Assembly: GCF_006345805.1 (NCBI RefSeq)
Contig: NC_043012.1
Location: 28,148,001 to 28,212,000 of the forward strand
DNA length: 64,000 nucleotides
From: Octopus sinensis
Taxonomy: Eukaryota
Direction: 5' to 3'
The notes beneath the pieces were generated by a model that was not told the origin of the DNA, did not search any database, and saw only the letters and a program-made list of their open reading frames with translations. Both the position numbers and the translations under genes were made by a program. This document shows, one piece after another, positions 27,339 to 39,662 of this stretch (position 1 is its first letter; the number at the start of each line of letters is the position of its first letter).

Positions 27339-28065
27339 GTAACATTACTTTCATTATCGTTAAATCATCAGACAAAAATACCATGAGGCAATTACGGCTT
27401 TTTGCATCCTGAGGTCAAATCGTACTGGAGTCAACACTGATTTCAATCTTTCTGAGTCGATGAACTAAATACTACTCAAATGCTGTTGTCAGTACTATCA
27501 ACTAATCCCTCACACCCAAATTTCTAGGCTTGTGCCCCTGAAAGGAACCATTATTACATATAACTTCTCCGCAATCCTTCTGAACTTCTCTCCATTAATA
27601 TCTTTTTAAAAACGTTCTTTATTTTGTTTTTTTTCCTGTTTTCTTTAATGTCTATTATATTAATTGAGTGAACGAATAATTAGTACCGGAATTTATTAAT
27701 CATGGCACTCTCTAATGTAGTAAACTTTAAAACAATATAACATTTTAAACGGTTTCTTTTGGACAGCGTCGGCAGCTTTCTTTGAATATGATTTGATAGG
27801 GTCAAAATGTCCTGCTTGGGTCCTGCTATCCGCGTATACAAGCACGTTCTGCCTTTATGGACGAAGTTGCGAAGTTTAGTGACATATTCGAAATAGGAAT
27901 ACCTTTAACTGCATTCAGTTTTCTACCTCTTCTTTTTTGTTTTCGATTGAAAGATTATAATCCCACCCATTTAGTATTTCTTAAGTGTCAGTAAGCCTGA
28001 TTAGAATTTTCACTTGATCTGTTGATTAATTAACATGTTGCCGCTCGCTTGTTTATTTGGTTGGC

Positions 28066-28187
28066 CTGATGAGTTGAGAGTTTGCAGCATATTACGTAAT
28101 CGAATGGATTTGTGTATATTGCATACCTAACTGTATTGTGCTTATGCCACAATAAAACCTCCTAACGAAACAAATAACCCATTTGTC
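28066..28187 (+). ncRNA. Hammerhead-like motif with long stem II insert and no clear stem I
   Basis: CTGATGA 28066-28072; stem II GTTGAGAG/CTCCTAAC (7 of 8 pairs); GAAA 28167-28170; stem III ACAAAT/ATTTGT; GTC ending 28187. The flanks do not pair to form stem I. Confidence 0.35.
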
Positions 28188-28376
28188 TGTTTTTTTGTGT
28201 GTTTTTCTCTTACGACACGTTTAATGTTCCATTCATCGTTTGATACTTTTGAATAATATTGCAGTCGTGGATTACATAACGACAGTGAACTTCCCTACAT
28301 CGAAACATTCCGTGCTATGATAATGGATTTCATAACTTTCTGCTTTGCGTCATTCTGGCTGCGACCCTTGTAAAAC

Positions 28377-28381
<5 letters not shown>

Positions 28382-28457
<76 letters not shown>

Positions 28458-28468
28458 GTATATATATG

Positions 28469-28552
<84 letters not shown>
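28382..28552. repeat. (TA)n microsatellite
   Basis: Direct inspection. Confidence 0.95.
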
Positions 28553-28555
<3 letters not shown>

Positions 28556-28736
28556 TGGGTTAAACTAGTAGTACCATTCAACAGCCAATTTGATGTGACG
28601 ACTGGCTTTACTGTTCAGTATAGTTTCTACTCTAGTCTCTTCATGAGATTTTACAACTCGCTATATTTGCTTGTTGCAAATCAGTGACCGATGGTCACTT
28701 TGTTTACAATATATCGTTAGCGTTAGCGGACTCTGG

Positions 28737-28832
28737 CTATCGCTTTGGCGTAGGTGCTCCCGACTGAGGAGAGGCCAAATAGCTCGAAACCGAGCCAGTC
28801 TCGCGATCTTGATACCTGCTATAGCGTGATAG
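28737..28832 (+). ncRNA. Type I hammerhead ribozyme motif
   Basis: CTGAGGA 28764-28770; stem II GAG/CTC; GAAA 28786-28789; stem III AC/GT; GTC triplet ending 28800; stem I TCCCGA/TCGCGA (5 of 6 pairs) extended by GTAGGTG/TACCTGC and CTATC/GATAG. Confidence 0.75.
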
Positions 28833-28856
28833 GGGTTCTCTCCCCATCTTTTTTTC

Positions 28857-29070
28857 CCCTTTTACTCTTTTACTTGTTTCAGTCATTTGAATGAGGCCTT
28901 GCTGGAGCACCGCCCTTTAGTCTAGCTATATTGCTGGACTAAATCGACCCCAGGACTTATTCTTTGTCAGCCTAGCACTTATTCTATCGGTCTCTTTTGC
29001 CGAACCGCTAAGTTACGGGGACGTAAACACACCAGCATTGGTGGTCAAGCGGTGTTGGGGGACAAACACA

Positions 29071-29132
<62 letters not shown>

Positions 29133-29226
29133 CTTATATACGACTGGCTTCTTTCAGTTTCCGTCTACCAAATCCACTCACAAGGCTTTGGTTGGCCCGA
29201 AGCTATAGTAGAAGACACTTGCCCAA
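28857..29226 (-). mobile_element. SINE family S2, head truncated
   Basis: Matches 43330-43690 and has an internal (CA)n(TA)n tract. Confidence 0.75.
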
Positions 29227-29287
29227 GTAGTAGTAACATTCAACAACCACACTGATGTGGCAACTGGCTTTACTGTATATATATATA

Positions 29288-29518
29288 TTTCTTTATTGCC
29301 CACAGGAGGCTAAACACAGAGGGGCCAAACAAGGACAGACAAAGTGATTAAGTCGATTATATCGACCCCAGTGCGTAACTGATACTTATTTAATCGACCT
29401 CGAAAGGATGAAAGGTAAAGTCGACCTCGGCGGAATTTGAACTCAGAACGTAGCAGCAAACGAAATACCGCTAAGCAATTTGCCCGGCGTGCTAACGATT
29501 CTGCCAGCTCGCCACCCT
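29288..29518 (-). mobile_element. SINE family S1
   Basis: A-box-like and B-box-like head at the right end and a body shared with other S1 copies. Confidence 0.75.
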
Positions 29519-29759
29519 ATGCCAGCTCGCCGGTTGAGTAAAAGTAAGCAACGTTTTGAAACATGAAGAATTTGTACCGTTGCAGAGTTTCGAAATGATT
29601 TTAAACATTTTTTTAGCAATTGTCTGATAATACCGACATACACTTACCCAAATGCATCAACAAATTAACATTGATCTTTTATTCACCGTTGTTACATAAA
29701 AGGAAATGAAAACGCAATATTCCATCCAACTTAAAAGTATTTTAAAAGCTCAAAAGGTA

Positions 29760-30200
29760 TGACTGTGAGATAACAGTTTACTCAAAGCAGCCAGCCTCAG
29801 CTTCCACTATAGTTTCAAGACGGCTCCGAAACCTGGTGCATCCGTTCCCTACTGTGTCCCTGGAAAGATCATTGAATATCTCCTTGATTTTGGCCACTAG
29901 CTCGGCCTTGGTGTTGTGGGCAGAGCGGTTGGTGTCTTTCTCAACCGCGCCTCTCATATAGTAATCTAAGGAATTACAATCGGGGGAATATGGGAGGCCA
30001 GACATTGAGGCTGGTGAAGTGATAGAAAATTTCCGACAACCACTTCTGACTCTTTCCGAAGGTGTGGTAAAGAGCCAAATCCTGCAGCTACATATATAGC
30101 CTTCTTGCGGCAATCCTCCCAAGACAGCGGTTGAACATAGTCTCCAGAAGTTTCATATGGCTGTTGAAATTGAGCCTAAGGCCTTGTTCTTGACAAAAGA
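29760..30200 (-). mobile_element. Tc1/mariner-superfamily transposase remnant
   Basis: ORF 29778-30122 PYSPDCNSLDYYMRGAVE...CTRFRSRLETIVEAEAG. Confidence 0.7.
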
Positions 30201-30417
30201 GACATTAAGTCGTCAAATCTAGCCCGAACACTATATATACGGCGGGCTTCTTTCAGTTTCCGTCTACCAAATCCACTAACGAGACTTTAGTCGGCCCAAG
30301 GCTATAGAAGAAGACACTTGTCCAAGGTACTAAACAGTACGACAGAATCTGGAAGCATGTGGTTGGGAAGCAAGCTTCTTATCACGTATCAATGCCCTGT
30401 GCCTGCACACACCCACG

Positions 30418-30471
<54 letters not shown>

Positions 30472-30472
<1 letters not shown>

Positions 30473-31285
30473 AGGGAGTCCACAAAGGAGACCGGAATTT
30501 TGCATTATTATTTTATTCACTTAGTTTTACATCTTTAAACTCTTATAGAGTTCAAAGTAATCTCCATTTGAAAAGCGTCTTCTACTGTTCGAAGCAGTTC
30601 TAGAACTCTTGCGAAGTGATGCTTTTAACACCTCCATCGTTTTTTTCTTCACCTCTTTCACATCTGCAAAACATTTTCCTTTAAGTACTTTTTTTTCATT
30701 CGGGTGAACAAAAACAAGTTGCAGTGATCAAGATCGGGTGAATAGGGAGGGTGGGTAAACGGGGTGATGCCATTTTTGGTCAAAATTGTCTCACAGTGAA
30801 GACGGTGTGCGAAGGTGCATTGTCGTGATGAAACCACCACTGTCCACTTTACCACTGGTCGGAGTGTTTTCGTCTCGCTTCAGAACTGTCAAGTAAAAAT
30901 GTGTGGTTAACAGTTTGATCAGGAGGAACAAATATTGTGTGGAGAATTCCTTTCGCATCAAATCAGCATCGTCTTCACATTGGACTTCACTTGATACACT
31001 TTTGGTGGGCGTGGTGACATTGAATGTTTCAATGGACTTGATCGCTGCTTCGTTTTCGGGTCTTAACCGTAGCACCAGCTTTCGTCACCAGTGATGACCT
31101 TCGAAAAAAGTTCACGACACTCATTCAGTCGTGATTGCTTTTGATCTTCTGTGAGCAAGCGAGGTACAAATTTTGCTGCAACTCTTCTCATTCGCAATTC
31201 CTTGCTCAGAATTCGTTGGCAGTTGCTCCAAAATACACCAGTCATACCAACAAGTTCGTCAATTGTTCGATGATGGTCCTCCAAG
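30472..31285 (-). mobile_element. mariner remnant
   Basis: MRRVAAKFVPRLLTEDQK...VITGDESWCYG (31063-31284) and HPPYSPDL (30658-30855). Confidence 0.8.
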
Positions 31286-31289
31286 GTCC

Positions 31290-32400
31290 GAAGCTGGATA
31301 TTGTATTAGCTGCAGATGCGAGTAATTATGGTGTAGGAGCAGTGCTTCTGCACAAATGTAACAATGAGAGCAAAAAGGCTACAGGTCATGCGACACGATC
31401 ATTATTACCAGCAGAAAGGAACTATAGTCAAATAGAAAATGAAGCGTTAGCAATCATATTCGATGGGGAAAATTGCATAGATTTATTCATGGAAAATGTT
31501 TCAGTCTATAAATGGATCATCGCTATCTACGGTCAATATACGGTTAAAAAAAGTCATAGCTACACACAGCAAATAGACTACAGTGATGGGGGCACTACGT
31601 TATTGAATTATGATTGCAAAATGGAATATTTACTGTAAAAAAACTACGGCATACAGATGGCTTGTCCAGACTAACACCGAAACACTGCAAGCCATTCGAA
31701 GATAAGGTAATCGCAGCATTAAGATCAGAAGGAAAAATAAAAAATGTAATGTGGAATGTAGTACGCGAATTACCTCTGATCCTTGAAGACATAAAACGAA
31801 ATGCAGAAAACGACAAATTCATAACAGAAATGTTAAGAATACCGTGGACAAGAAAAGTAAATAGGAACAGGATTGGTGTGAAACGAAACCAAGACGTGAA
31901 CCTATACTCAGTTTGTGATGGCGTACTGATGTATGCACAGACAGTAGTAATACCTGAAACACTGCAAAAGAAAATTTTGAGGGAATTCCATTTTGGACAT
32001 ACTGGTATTTCGAGGATGAAAGCTTTAATGCGTTGCTACGTGTACTAGTCAGAAATTAGTAGAGAAATCGAAAATTTAGTGAAAGGCTGCAGCGGATGTG
32101 CTCTAGCGGCAAAATTATTGACGATAAAAAGTGAAACTTGGCCAAAAGTAGATGTTTCATGGTCGAGGCTACACATCGATTTCGCTGATCCCTTAAACGG
32201 TTCATACTGTTTAGCGGTAGAAGATAGTTTCTCTAAATGGCCAGAAATTTGTAAGTGTAAAAAGCCAGCCTCCTCAACTACGACAAACTTTCTACCATCA
32301 GCTGCTGTTTGCGAGATCTGGCGTCCCACACATGATAGAGTCTTGTCCCATAGAACGCAATTTGTGTCTTTTGAGTTTAAAAAGTTTTGTAAAACGTGCT
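31290..32400 (+). mobile_element. Ty3/gypsy pol fragment (RNase H and integrase), decayed
   Basis: AADASNYGVGAVL...ERNYSQIENEALAI; HTDGLSRL; HFGHTGISRMK...C..C; RLHIDFA...DSFSKWPE. Confidence 0.85.
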
Positions 32401-33369
32401 TTGTTTCTTTGTCCTTCCTTTTCTTTAAACAGTCCCATCTTGTCTGTGATGACATAAGCAAGGAATTTAACTCAGTGGTATCCTTAATTGGAATTCTCGT
32501 AACAACTTCATTTGGTTTCCTGAGTTCTGATCTTAAATTTGCTCTGTCACATCATTTCAATGATATTAAGCTTTTCCTTTCCTCAAGGAAAGGAAAAGTT
32601 TAATTTCCGAATTCTGTGACGGAGAGTAGCTAGTTCTGGACTAATTTCTTAGTTTGAGGTACACTATTATCTTCTATATATTGTAGATTCCCTCCTTCCA
32701 TGTCACAGATTTGTAGATTTTTCTTTTCTATGGGTATTTCTTCTGGACTAGTAGTTCCTTTCTCACTTCCATTATGATATTCTCTCGCTACGTTTCCTCT
32801 AAGCCACATTTTGATCTTAGTTCGTCTAAGCTGATCGACCAATCTTTGTTCATTCACATCCTTCAGCTCTTCACATACATAATATTTTTTTCAGAGCACT
32901 AGTACCCTTTTCTTATAGCCTCTTTTCTCAGGCTCACTCTTAATATAACATTCTAACAACAATTTGTTGTTATTTTTTGCCTATTTTAATCTCCTTCGCT
33001 ACTATGGTTCAGTGATAGACTGATTACCACTAGACCTGCGCTTCTGTTCCATAGGACAATTACTGGACGTAACACCTTCGCTAAAAACCCATTCATCCTC
33101 GTTGACGCTGTTTGGATTACTTTTCCTTATTGACATTTCTCTCATAATTGAGGTATGTGTTTTGAGGTTACTACCAACTAGTAAATATATCGTGTTACCA
33201 TTATTAGGCAGGTTATCAGCCTAGACTTCTGGGAGGCCTCAAATTCCACCGAGGTTGACTCTGCCTTTCATCCTTTCGAGGTCGAGCACTGGAGTCGATG
33301 TAATCGACTTATCAACTCCTCCGAAATTATTGACCTTGTTTCAAAATTTGAAACTATTATTATTATTAT

Positions 33370-33885
33370 TGAGTGCGAGAGTAACACATGCCATCAAAGT
33401 GACACTAGGGTACAAATATACGAATACAGTATACCCATCATGACTACCCGTCTGTTAAGGGGACACCAGGCGCATAAGTACAACCATATGTGCGCGACAT
33501 GATGATGTAATATCGAGATAAACAGCGCATGAACTTGCAGATGGGATCCAGTTAGAATTTTCATCAGGTCGAGTAGCCCATTCCGCTCAAAAGGTGCTTA
33601 AATAAGGTTTCTTTAAGGATGTTGAACGAAATACCCATCTTTCCAGAGGTGAATTATTCAAACCCCAAATAATTCCTCTCAACACATGGTTATCAAGCAC
33701 CCCACTCCACTACTTCTGCTCATGATCAGAAATGCACATATTGTCAGCCACCAAGGGACATGATCAACTGATAAGCAAATCTGTGGTATTGAGTAGAATA
33801 TTTGCAATAGCCAATCTTTTGTACCAAGACAAAACATGTTCATGATAAAACTTCTAATTAGTTAAGATACGAAACCATTAGGGCA
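33370..33885 (-). mobile_element. ~560-bp element, decayed copy
   Basis: Matches 15878-16431 and is flanked by (TTA)/(TCA) repeats. Confidence 0.75.
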
Positions 33886-33898
33886 TGATATTATTATT

Positions 33899-33929
<31 letters not shown>

Positions 33930-33963
33930 CCATCATCACCATCATCATCACCATCATCATCAC

Positions 33964-34032
<69 letters not shown>

Positions 34033-34035
34033 TAC

Positions 34036-34082
<47 letters not shown>

Positions 34083-34087
<5 letters not shown>

Positions 34088-34369
34088 TAGTTTTATTTTT
34101 ATAGCGTGCTTTCACTTCACTGCCGAGCGCAGCTCTGTGTGCCTTAGGTATGTGCTGTGATTTGTTGTGATGCTCTGATGGTTATTGTATGGAAAGCGTT
34201 CTGCGTAGGATGTGTGCAGTGCCTAGTAGTGCAATTTTCTGTATGTTATATGTGTTTGTAAGTCCTGGTGTTTTTGTTATGTATTTGTCTGAATATTTTT
34301 TTATCATGCCTAATGCACCTACTATGATAGGAATTGTTTCTGTTTTTAGATTCCACATTCTGGTTACCT
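34083..34369 (-). mobile_element. 5'-truncated Dong-type LINE 3' end inside (TTA)n
   Basis: Reverse complement of 41989-42274 with about 2 mismatches. (TTA)n on both sides. Confidence 0.9.
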
Positions 34370-34372
34370 CTG

Positions 34373-34431
<59 letters not shown>

Positions 34432-34494
34432 TATACACACAACAGGTTAAACTGTAGGAAAAGAAGAGAATCGTGCTACAACAAATAACTTTAG

Positions 34495-35877
34495 ATGTCA
34501 AGAACCTTCCTAAATATATTAGATGTCCTTATTAACACTGTTTTCTGGAGCTGTAATAAACTGTGTTTATGCCTATTTCCCCTATCCATCAGTTCAAATC
34601 TTTGGAGATAGTTCCCAATGCACCTATAACTACTGGAACATATTTTACCTACACTTTCCATAGTCTCTGTAATTCAATGGCTAGGTTCCGGTACTTTGCT
34701 ATTTTTTCTATATCTCTCCTTCTATTTATCTACTACCACTAAATCGGGCCTTCTAAATTCTATTACTCTGTCAGTCTGAATGTTAAAGTCCCACAACATC
34801 TTATAATTCTTACTTTCTCGTATTTTACTAGGTTCATGTTCATACCATTTATCAGTATATTCAAATCCTAGCTATCTACATAACTTCCAGTGGATTGCTC
34901 TCCCTAGATTGTCATGTCCTTCCTTGTATACTTTCGGTGCTAACATGCTACATTCACTTACTATATGAGTAACAATTTCCTCTTTTGATTTGCATAACCT
35001 ACATTGGGAATCTACTTAGATTTTGTCTATCTTGGCTTTTATCCAATTAGTCCTTAATCCTTGATCTTGTGCTGCCACTAACAATTTTTCTGTTTCCCTT
35101 TTTAGCCTTCCTTTCTACAACCACAACCATGTCTCACTACTACTATTTACTGCAACTATCTTTAGGAATCTACCATGCAAAGCCTTCTCCTGCCAGTCAC
35201 ATAACTTTTGTTCTTTTTTCTGGTTTTTAACTTCGTTTTTTGTTTGGGGGGGGGTCCCTATGTCATACTGTGACTCTAGCAGTTTTTAATAAACTTCGTT
35301 CACTATTACCTACATCGGAGTCTATATCTACTCTATCTAACTCTACACAGTCTTCTACTGATATTAGCCCACTTCCACCTTCCTTTCTAGATAAATATAA
35401 TTTTTCTACTCCCGCTGTTGGGTGGAATCCTCCATTCATATTGAATTCCTTCCTAATTCTTCTGTCTAGCTTTGCTAATTCAGTTTTGTCCAATCTACAA
35501 AAGCTGCTGAGTATCTAAATAATGACACTGCCCAAGTATTTACAGCCTTCACTAGATTCACACCATTTACCTTTGACTTCATTAGCTTCCTCACCCTTCT
35601 TCATTCTCGTTTTCGTTAATACTCTGTCAGATTCTAATACTTCCAGATACTTATAAATCTCTCCTCGTTTCAATGATTTTAATGTCTGGTCATCTGGTAA
35701 TTGGATGCCTTCACTCTTAACTACCTGTCCCCTTCTCATGATTAATATTGCACATTTATCTATGCCAAATTCTGTACCTATATATTTGCTGAAGAGTCTT
35801 ACAGTCTGCGTTAATGATTCTATCTCTTTTTCATTCTTACTAAAAAGCTTCAAATCATCCATGTAGAGCATGGCTGG

Positions 35878-35880
<3 letters not shown>
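34495..35880 (-). mobile_element. R4/Dong-type LINE, RT to RLE remnant
   Basis: LYMDDLKLF...YKYLEV (35515-35991) and LDRRIRK...KLYLSRKEGGSGL (35263-35493). Begins after (AAT/AAC)n on its sense strand. Confidence 0.8.
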
Positions 35881-35919
<39 letters not shown>

Positions 35920-36009
35920 GTTGCTGTTGTTGTTGTTATTATTGTTGTTGTTGTTGTTGTTAAAGACTCTCGGATAGTTCTTAATTACCATTTATTCTTT
36001 ACTGGAAAG

Positions 36010-37130
36010 CAAGCAATAACAAATCACCAAAGGTTTCAAGTAGTGCCTTCTCCTGTGACCCAAAGAGACAATTTTCTCCTTAGAATGCGAGCTGCACCCA
36101 ACAACGCTGTTTTCTGAATCACTTCGAGCCTGACAGCAGCTCCAATATTCTTAATATGTTTTTCAAAGCCCTTGGAAACTGCTCCTAATGCTCCAATTAC
36201 CACCGGTGTCACCATAACTTTCCTATCTTCTCCCGCAGTGGCTGGTATTTCATCCTACAGGTCCTATTCCAGTCAATCTCATTTTTATTCTTTAAGAACT
36301 GACTGTGCATTTTCTTGTCCTCCCAAATTTTCTTCATCTGCTCTCCCTGGTCTTTCTTAAATTGTGTTCACTTTTAAGGTTCCCTGCATTTTCATTGATT
36401 CAATAATTTCTTCTTTAATCCGCATGACATACCAAGCTAGGCTATTATCCTCTTCCCTTCACAACACACTAATCCTTGTGCCCCTTCCCTCCTCTTTACA
36501 TACATCGCTCTTGGCATGTAGTTCCTTGTTCATTGTTATTAATTTACGTGTTTTCTGGTCTATCTCTTGTAATTCATGCTTCTTCCAAGATACTATTCTT
36601 GCCCCTTATCTCATCTTGTTAATTGCTCTAATCATATAGCGGCCATTTAGCTTCGACTGGAACACAAGCAGAGTTCTCCTCAAATACTCTTTCCTGTACA
36701 TTTCTTTCATCTTGTGTTCATTCATCTTATCTCTTTCAATGATACCCAGGTACTTATAACCTTCCTCTCCGTCTTCCTTTATAGTTTCACCACTTTCCAG
36801 CTTGATCCCATGGCTTTTATTGATTTACCCTCTTTTGAGAATCATTACACCACATTTCTCGATCCTAAATTCCATGCCAATATCTTTGCTAATCATCTGC
36901 ACAGTTGCCGTGAAACTCTCAATTTCTGTCTCAGTCTTAACGAATAGCTTTAGGTCATCCATAAACCACAGGTTGTTTGACTTCACCCTGTATAGCATGT
37001 ACCCCACATGCATCTTTTTTAAAACGCTCGTTAGTGGAAGTATGCAGACAACAAATAATAGTGGCGACAGACTGTCCTCTTGAAAGATTCCTCTTTTGAT
37101 ATTTACCTCTCCCAGCTACGGTGTCAGCTG
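36010..37130 (-). mobile_element. R4/Dong-type LINE remnant with internal deletion
   Basis: GIFQEDSLSPLLF..., FMDDLKLF (36825-37013) and a terminal KTALLGAARIL. Confidence 0.75.
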
Positions 37131-37139
37131 TTCAATATC

Positions 37140-37985
37140 AGTGAACCAAGGTAACACTACTTATTTTTCGAGCACCTTCCGGAGTATTCGAGCGGTTCCA
37201 AGCAGTGCTACTTTCTGCAAGTGTTCCACCCTTATTGCAGCCACTATTTGTTCCATGTACTTCTCAAGATTTTTACTCACTGTTCCCAGGGCTCAGATAA
37301 TTATTGGTACTACTACCGCCTTTTTCATCGACCACAACTGCTCAACCTCCCAAGCTAACCTGTCATATCTGTTGACTTTTCTTTCTTCCTTTTCGCATAC
37401 CTTGTTGTCAGCTGGGCATGCTATATCTATGATAGAGCAGCGTTTGCTTTTTTTCTCAATTAACTCTATGTCTGGCTTCCTATTCTCTATCGCATGGTCG
37501 CACTGAATTATAAAATCCTACAGGATCTTTGCATTATCATTTTCGATTATGTCTTCGGGTTTGTAGTCGTACAAATGTTTATACTTGTTGCAAAGTGTCC
37601 AATGGACAAGCCTGGCTATATAGTCGTGGCGTCTCTTATATTCCTTCTGGGCTAGTGGCGTACATTGGCTGGTAATATGCCATACGGTTTCACCATTTTA
37701 TTCATTTCCGATGCGTTGTCTATTCTGTATTTTATGTAGTTTGTTCTTAGTGCTTGCTCTTGGGCAGCACAGTTTAGAGTCTTCGTTTCCGGTTTTAAAT
37801 CACTTTTAGTCATCCACAACCATCTTTTTTCTCTGTCTTATCTTCAACATCCCTGTGAAATTATCCAAGCATTCTTTTCTTTACCCATCTATTTTCAGTT
37901 TCATATCTTTGCAATCCTCCATCCTACACAGGCCTGACCTTACTTCTAATAACAGCGGTTCTGTGGCATTTTTTACATACCATGA
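37140..37985 (-). mobile_element. R4/Dong-type LINE 3' part, same family as 7740-9040
   Basis: Clear reverse-complement similarity to 8100-8990. Confidence 0.8.
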
Positions 37986-37998
37986 ATTGGAAAAGATA

Positions 37999-38033
<35 letters not shown>

Positions 38034-38229
38034 TGCTACAAGGGCAGCCATTTTGGGAGAGGTGATGAGTCAATTACATCGACCCTAGTGTTCAACTGGT
38101 ACTTATTTTATTGACTCCGAAAGGATGAAAGGTAAAGTTCATCTCGGCAGAATTTGAACTCAGAACGTGGGGACGGGCGAAATACCGCGGCGCATTTCAT
38201 CCAGCGGGCTAATGCCTCGGCAAGCTCGC

Positions 38230-38830
38230 AGCCTCAGACAAGGATCAAGAGATATGACCAAAGAATTGAACTATGTAAAATCGACAGATTGTTCCAACAA
38301 GACCAGATAAGAGTTTATCAACAGCTGAATGGAAAGGTTAAGATCAGTGAGAGACGAGACGCTGAAGAAAGTAAAAGGTTTTGAAGTAACATCTGGGATA
38401 ATGGAAGAAAGCATAATAAAGAAGCTACATGGTTGAAGGAATTAAGATCGGAAAAATATGAAGTGAAACGGCAACATTAGAATAACGATTGGAATGGTAA
38501 TCGAACAGACTGGAAAGATCCCTAACTAGAAATGCCCAGACCCAGAAGGAGGTCAAGGATATTGACTGAAAAATTTCCCAGCACTACATTGAAGAATAGC
38601 CACGAAATGGATAAAATAATCAACAACAATGGGGCGCAAACCCCAAAGTAGCTGACCAGAGGTAAAACAATTCTTTGCCAAAAGGACCTCAGTGAAGATA
38701 ATGCAGTGGATAATCACCTGCATGCTCCTGATGTGGAAGCCGATGACAGCTATAATATACAATTATGTGTATAAATTGCTAGAAATGAATGACAAATTGC
38801 CAGTGGAACAGAAAGGATGCAGAAGGAAAA
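38230..38830 (+). mobile_element. R4/Dong-type LINE fragment upstream of the RT core
   Basis: RIKRYDQRIELCKIDRLFQQDQ and [15 protein letters not shown] remnants. Confidence 0.6.
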
Positions 38831-39077
38831 GCCAAGGAACAAAAGACCAACGTAGTGATGGGCGAAATATCGCATTTCATCCAGCGCACTACTATTCTGC
38901 CATCTCACCACCTTAATAATAAAGAAAAATAATAATAATTCTTTCTACTATAGTCACAAGACCTTAAATTTTGGGGGCGGGGGCTAGTCGATTACATCGA
39001 CCCCAGTGCGTAACTGGTACTTATTTTGCCGACCCCGAAAAGATGAAAATAATAATGATAATAACAATTGTAATAAT

Positions 39078-39585
39078 TGGCTCTCAGCTTTTGTTCTTAA
39101 CTGACTGAAAGTGTTATCATGTACATTGGTTTGTCTTTGTATAAAAGATAGTCTACAGCGATTCTGCTCAATACCACAGTTTTGCTTGTCAGTTGGTTAA
39201 GTTGAGCATGTCCCTTAGTGGTTGACGATATGTGCATCTCTGATCACGAGCAGAAGTAATGGGAGAGCATCATAGCCATGTATTGAGAGGAATTCTTCAG
39301 GGTTTGGATAATTCCCCTCTGGATACATGGATGTTTCGTTCAACATCCTTATTCAAGGACATTTTGAGCAGGATGGACTACTTGACTTGAAGAAAATTCT
39401 AACTGGGCCCCATCTGCAAAATCATGCGATGTTTATCTTGATATGAGATCACCATATCACGCACATATAGTTGCGGTGCACGTTCCCGGTGCACATTTAT
39501 CAGACGGGTAGTCATGATGGGTAAACTGGGCTTCGTATAATTGTACCCCAGTGTTACTTTGATGGCATGCACTGCTCTCTCGCTC

Positions 39586-39586
<1 letters not shown>
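39078..39586 (+). mobile_element. ~560-bp element, 5'-trimmed copy
   Basis: Same strand and sequence as 9070-9624, followed by (TAA)n. Confidence 0.75.

Positions 39587-39659
<73 letters not shown>

Positions 39660-39662
<3 letters not shown>

Noticed and set aside
32400-33200. Minus-strand LINE ORF1-like remnant
   Set aside because: Only a vague resemblance to the 61-kb ORF1 and no diagnostic motif, so it is left unannotated.
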